Positions 59,145 to 64,000 of a stretch of DNA of 64,000 nucleotides are shown in pieces (the first letter of the stretch is position 1; every line of letters starts with the position of its first letter). The DNA lies in assembly GCF_009914755.1 (NCBI RefSeq), contig NC_060929.1. The stretch is one strand, 5' to 3'. Under the pieces are notes generated by a model. The model had not been told where the DNA came from. It saw only the letters and a list, made by a program, of their open reading frames with translations, and searched no databases. This DNA is from the human T2T-CHM13v2.0 reference genome, Homo sapiens. A program made the position numbers and the translations under genes.

Positions 59145-61782
59145 AAAATACTTTTTCCATGGAGCCTTCATACTACTAACTTCCTCTCTTAAAAGTGATA
59201 CCCTGCATGAAATAATCCTAGTTCAAAATAGAATGTTTTAATCTGCATTAAAGACTTTTGAAAATGTAAGCCTAGGAAGATCTCTGAGATTTAAGCAATA
59301 AAACTATCCACTCGGTACACTGAATCCATCAGCCAGGGTACTTCTGTGAAGGACTAATGCTGGAAGTGAATGAATAAGGCTCCGATGACTGATCCAAATG
59401 CAGTCATCGCGGCATGCCTCCACCTACTCATCCAAATAACCTCAAGCTCTTTGGGCATGTGTTCAACTGCTCAATCTAGCATGAGGGGATGGCTATGCTC
59501 ACAATCCAAGGCTCTATCTTGGTCTGAGCCCAAAAAATGAGGTATTGTCTCTCATTTGGGTATGCAGCAGAGCACTGCTTTTTTTCCTAGTCTTTTGCTT
59601 AAAGATTAGACTATGCAAGTATGTTTGCAAAAATTAGGTATCTTCTGTGGTAAAAATTCCTACATATAAATAACAAATCTTCCTCATGTTGCCTGGAAAG
59701 AAAAGGAAAAGGAAACTGATTCCCTAAAAGTGTAGTTTTCCCCCACATCCCTATATTATCACACCTTCAAATATGAAGATAAATAAGATTTTAAGAGAAT
59801 TCATTTTTAACTGGTTGGTTATTCCTTGTTAACAATTTCAAACACCAGGTGAATCTACAGCTATGACTGTATATAGTTGATTATTGCTTCCCATGGATAC
59901 TTTTAGAATGTAAAAGCTGCCATTTTAATTGACATTCAGAGGTCTGCCAATGTGCAAACCCAAGCAGCTCAATTCTTTTGCCTAACTGGGAGAGTGAGTT
60001 ATCTAGAAACAAATGGAATGGCCGATTAAAAGGTTGTCTTGGCTAATATTTTCCAGTTGGTCTACAGTTAGTTCAGCCCTGTTGAGTCCTTCCACTTCTT
60101 TGGACGACCAATGCAGCAAGCGTGGTGAGACATAGTGCTTGGGCCTCTAATCTTAGCTGTGACATTTCCTGTCTCATGTTCTACCATCAATAGTGACCTA
60201 CTTGCTATACCATGTGATTTTCCAACTGGGGCTTTTGATGCTCACACATGGGAAACACAGTTATTTTTATATTTAGCACAAAATGTAGCCATGAAATGTT
60301 TCAAATGATTTCCAGTTCAGGATATCCACACTAATCTTATTTTGTGGTAATTCTTTTTTTGCTCTGTCATTTAGAAACATTATAATAGTTATGAACCATT
60401 AAAACAAAGCTTTCACTTTTTTAAAAAAGCAACCTGTGAAAATGCCACATTATGTCAGTACCTAGTAAATTGAAAACTAACTAGCAAAAAGTGAAAGACT
60501 CATGTCCTAGTTACTTATTTTGTTTGAAGAACTGGCTACAAATGACCTTTGTTGAAAGTGATAGGAAACAATACTTCTAGTATCATTGAGGTTTGAAATC
60601 ATTAGAGAAGTGAAAATAACTTATTAATAATGATAAAAAGAGTAGACAAAAACTAATACTCAGAGATGGAACAGAAGTGCACAAAAAGACAGAGACACAG
60701 GATATGTTAGGTAAAACTATGGGCAAAAACTAAAAGCTCACTGAAAAACAGTACACAATAAGATTGCAAATACCTAGCAAGAAAGCCTTACAATACAACA
60801 AAATATGCCTGAGGGTACCTCAGTAAAGTTGATTTACTAGGCAAAGTAAAATTGTCATTCATAGTTTTTGAAATTAAGAAGAATGCAATCAGTGCAAATT
60901 TATGTGTGTGTGTAACACAGCAAATGACTGTTCAAAATTTTAAGTCTTTTCTTGTTAGACTTAATCCACAACCTTAAAGAAATGAATAGAGTTCAACACT
61001 CTCATAAGAATAACTCATTCCATGTCACTTGTGAACAAGCAAATTCCCAACACTCAACTGAATCTCCAAAACAGATGTCAGGAGTCTGCAATACACCTAT
61101 TTAAGTGAATTTTCAAAACTCTGTGGCTACACCAGCTAGAAAGCAGTTGCTTTCTAGTGGAAGTGAATCATAATGGACCTTTCAAATCACAGTGTTCACA
61201 CATGGAAAAGCACATGTTCCACTTTTCCTCTGCCAAAGAAGCCTCACAGCCACTCCCCAAAATACTTGAGAAATATTCCAGCAATGTGTGTGTATCCATC
61301 ATGGACTCTTTCTCATTGTTACTGCTTTTGCTATACATTTTGTTATAACTTCATGCTGTTTTTCACCCACATAGCTTAGAAAGCAACAACAAGAACAACA
61401 ATAAAATTAAAAGGAAAGGAAAAGAAAAGCTTCCGTTAAGACAGGGCTAAATCTACTGTATATGAAAACTGCTGTCAAAGGCAGTTGACAAGAGCTTACA
61501 TAGACCATGTACCCATTTAACTTAAATAATAATGATACATTGACCCAGCCCTTTAATTACTGGTCTCATTTTCACCTGGATCCTGATGAGTTCTCACAAT
61601 TATACACCCAAATCTACCCAAGTTATTAAGTGAGGAGGAAAGGGATCCCTGCCAGGATCCGTAAGAGGGAAGTACGATGCAGACAACATCATAACATCCT
61701 CTTCCTTTCTTTTTCTGACTTGTCTCTGATGCATAACATAAACACAATCTGGATGAATTAGATTAAAAATTACTCTCACATA

Positions 61783-63210
61783 GAGACCAATGTAACAAAA
61801 CAGAAAACCCAGAAATTAATGAATCCATCTATATAAGGCCAACTGATTTTTGACAAAGGTGCCAAGAACATCCATTGGGGAAAAAACAGTTTCTTCAATA
61901 AATGGTGCTAAAAGCAATGGATATCCATATGCAGAAGAATGAAACTAGATCCTACCTCTGCCCCTATATAAAAATCTACTCAAAATGGATTAAAGGCCTA
62001 ATTGTAAGACCTGAAGCTATAAAACAACTGGAAGAAAACATAGAGGAAATGCTTCAGGACATTGGTCTGAGAAAAGATTTTATGATTAAGAACTCAAAAA
62101 TACAGGCAACTAATGCAAAAATAAGTAAATGGGATTACATAAAACTAAAATTCTTCTGCACAGCAAAGAAAAAAATTAACCAAGTGAACCAATAACCTGA
62201 AGAATAGAATATTTGCAAAGCATTCATCTGATAAGGGATTAATATCCAGAATATACAGAGAACTCAAACAACTCAATAGCAAAAAATCAAATAATCCAAT
62301 TTAAAAATGAGCCAACAGGTATATGGAAAAATGCTCAGCATCGCTGATAGAGAAATGCAAATAAAAACCACAATGAGATAACTCACCCCAGATACGATGG
62401 CTACTATCAAAAAGACAATCTTATACACTGCTGGTGGTAATGTAAACTAGTACAGCCATTATCAACAGCAGTATAGAGATTCCTCAAAAAACTAAAAACA
62501 GAACTACTGTACGATCCAGCAATCCCACAATTGGGAATTTATCCAAAGGAAAGCAAGTTAATATACTGAAGAGATATCTGCAGCCCCATGTTTATTACAG
62601 CACTATTCACAATAGCCAAAATATGGAATCAACCTAAGTGTCCATCAATGGATGAATGGATTAAAAAATGTGGTATATATACACAATGGAATACTATCCA
62701 GCCTTAAAAAAGAATGAAATTCTGTAATTTTACAGCAACATGGATGGAAATGGAGGACATTATGTTAAGTAAAATAAGCCAGGAACAGAAAGCTAAACAC
62801 CATATGTTCTCACTCATAACAGAAGCTAAAACACTTGATCTCACAGAAGTAAAAAGCAGAACAGCGATTGCTAGAGGTTAGAAAGGGTAGGAGGAAGTTG
62901 GGGATAGGCAGAAATTGGTTAAAGGATATAAAATTCCAGCTATGTAGGTGGAACAAGTTCTAGTTTTATAGCACTGTAGTGTTTTATAGCACTGCAGAAT
63001 GACTATAGTTAACAATGATATATTATATAGTTTCAGATAGCTACAAAAGATATATTAAATGTTCCCAACACAAAGAAATGATAAATGTTTGAGATGATAG
63101 ATATGATAATTACCCTGATCTGATCACTACACATTGTATGTACTGAAACATCACTATGTACCCCATAAATATGTACAATTATTATATGTCAGTTAAAAAT
63201 AAATAAATTT
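61783..63210 (+). mobile_element. L1MA1-3-type, 5'-truncated (ORF2 end plus 3' UTR)
   Basis: ORF 61902-62195 is ORF2-like (SKWIKGL, WDYIKLKFFCTAK); 3' UTR aattaccctgatctgatcact...ccccataaatatgtacaatta; imperfect TSD aaattact(c/t)tca(c/a)ata. Confidence 0.9.
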
Positions 63211-63801
63211 GAGAAATTACTTTCAAATACGGATGTATTTTACTCACCATAAAATTCAGATATGCTTTTGAAAATATGACATGGGAAGTTTAGCTCAGAA
63301 GTATATTTCATAGTAAGTTACTCTAACAAGTTTTTCTGTAGAGGGAACACCAGAGGACTAGAAAACAATGTCAAGTAGGTTTAGGCTGACACCATGTGAA
63401 GAGACAACAGAGCTTTTGAGATCACCTGGGGAAAGGTCGAGGGAAGATGAGCAGGGAGGAGGGGAAAGTGAAGTTCTTGCCAACGTTAAATGATTATTTA
63501 TTCAGTTGAATGGGAAAGTCACACTGCAAGCCCCAGAAAATAATGCCTCACAATTTAGTTGGCAAATGACACCACCCACAGAATGACAGGGAAAGAAAAA
63601 AACACAAAAGCACACACTTTAGTGGAGAAGGTCCCAAGCTGAAAGCCATAGAAAAGGACTTTGGAGGAAAGCATTCTGCTTCATTTCTGTCAACCTCTTC
63701 CAAACTAAAATCTGAGGTAAAGCTATTTTTCAACTTGTACCTTCATGATTACCTAGAATCACTAAGAACATAGTTCTAAGAATAAATCATTTTAGTGGAT
63801 A

Positions 63802-64000
63802 CAGCAGTACATCCCCCCACTTATTTGTGGGTTCACTTTCTGCAGTTACAGTTACCCTTGGTCAACCATGGCCCGAAAATATAAAATGGAAAATTCCAGA
63901 AACAAAGAATTCATAAGTTTTAAACTGTGCACCGTTCTGATGATGAAATCTCATGCTGTCCCACTCCATCCTACTTGGACATGCATCCTCTGCTTGTGCA
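63802..64000 (+). mobile_element. MER44/Tigger7-type TcMar-Tigger element, cut by window edge
   Basis: cagttacccttggtcaaccatggcccgaaaatataaaatggaaattccagaaa...ttcataagttttaaa...tgatgaaatctc. Confidence 0.85.

Noticed and set aside
62962-62997. Small tandem duplications (gttttatagcactg x2; also near 7143, 36849 and 58116)
   Set aside because: Ordinary slippage duplications; no spacer array, so not CRISPR-like

Overview
This window is human (hominoid) nuclear DNA: AT-rich, CpG-depleted and intronic or intergenic in character. I see no CpG island and no recognisable protein-coding exon, tRNA, rRNA or CRISPR array. An AluYb8-type insertion points to human specifically. Much of the window is interspersed repeat: about 23 Alu pieces (J, S and Y classes), L1 fragments of many ages, MLT2 (ERVL) solo LTRs, Tigger/MER44, hAT-Charlie/MER5/MER102 DNA transposon fossils, and MIR/L2 relics. 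The supplied ORFs are Alu-, L1- or LTR-derived, or chance. I did not find a new biological system and could not identify the locus. The best leads are: (i) two candidate + strand non-coding exons (21765-21814 and 23681-23772), each with a splice site buried in an RNA hairpin, flanking a human-specific antisense AluYb8; (ii) a cluster of three MEF2 sites near 52.3-52.5 kb; (iii) an unexplained 164-bp AT-rich inverted-repeat structure; (iv) a TACGTA/CpG palindrome cluster; (v) several nested or aberrant retrotransposition events. Repeat subfamily names come from my recall of consensus sequences, and boundaries of old repeats are approximate; RepeatMasker/Dfam should be run to confirm.
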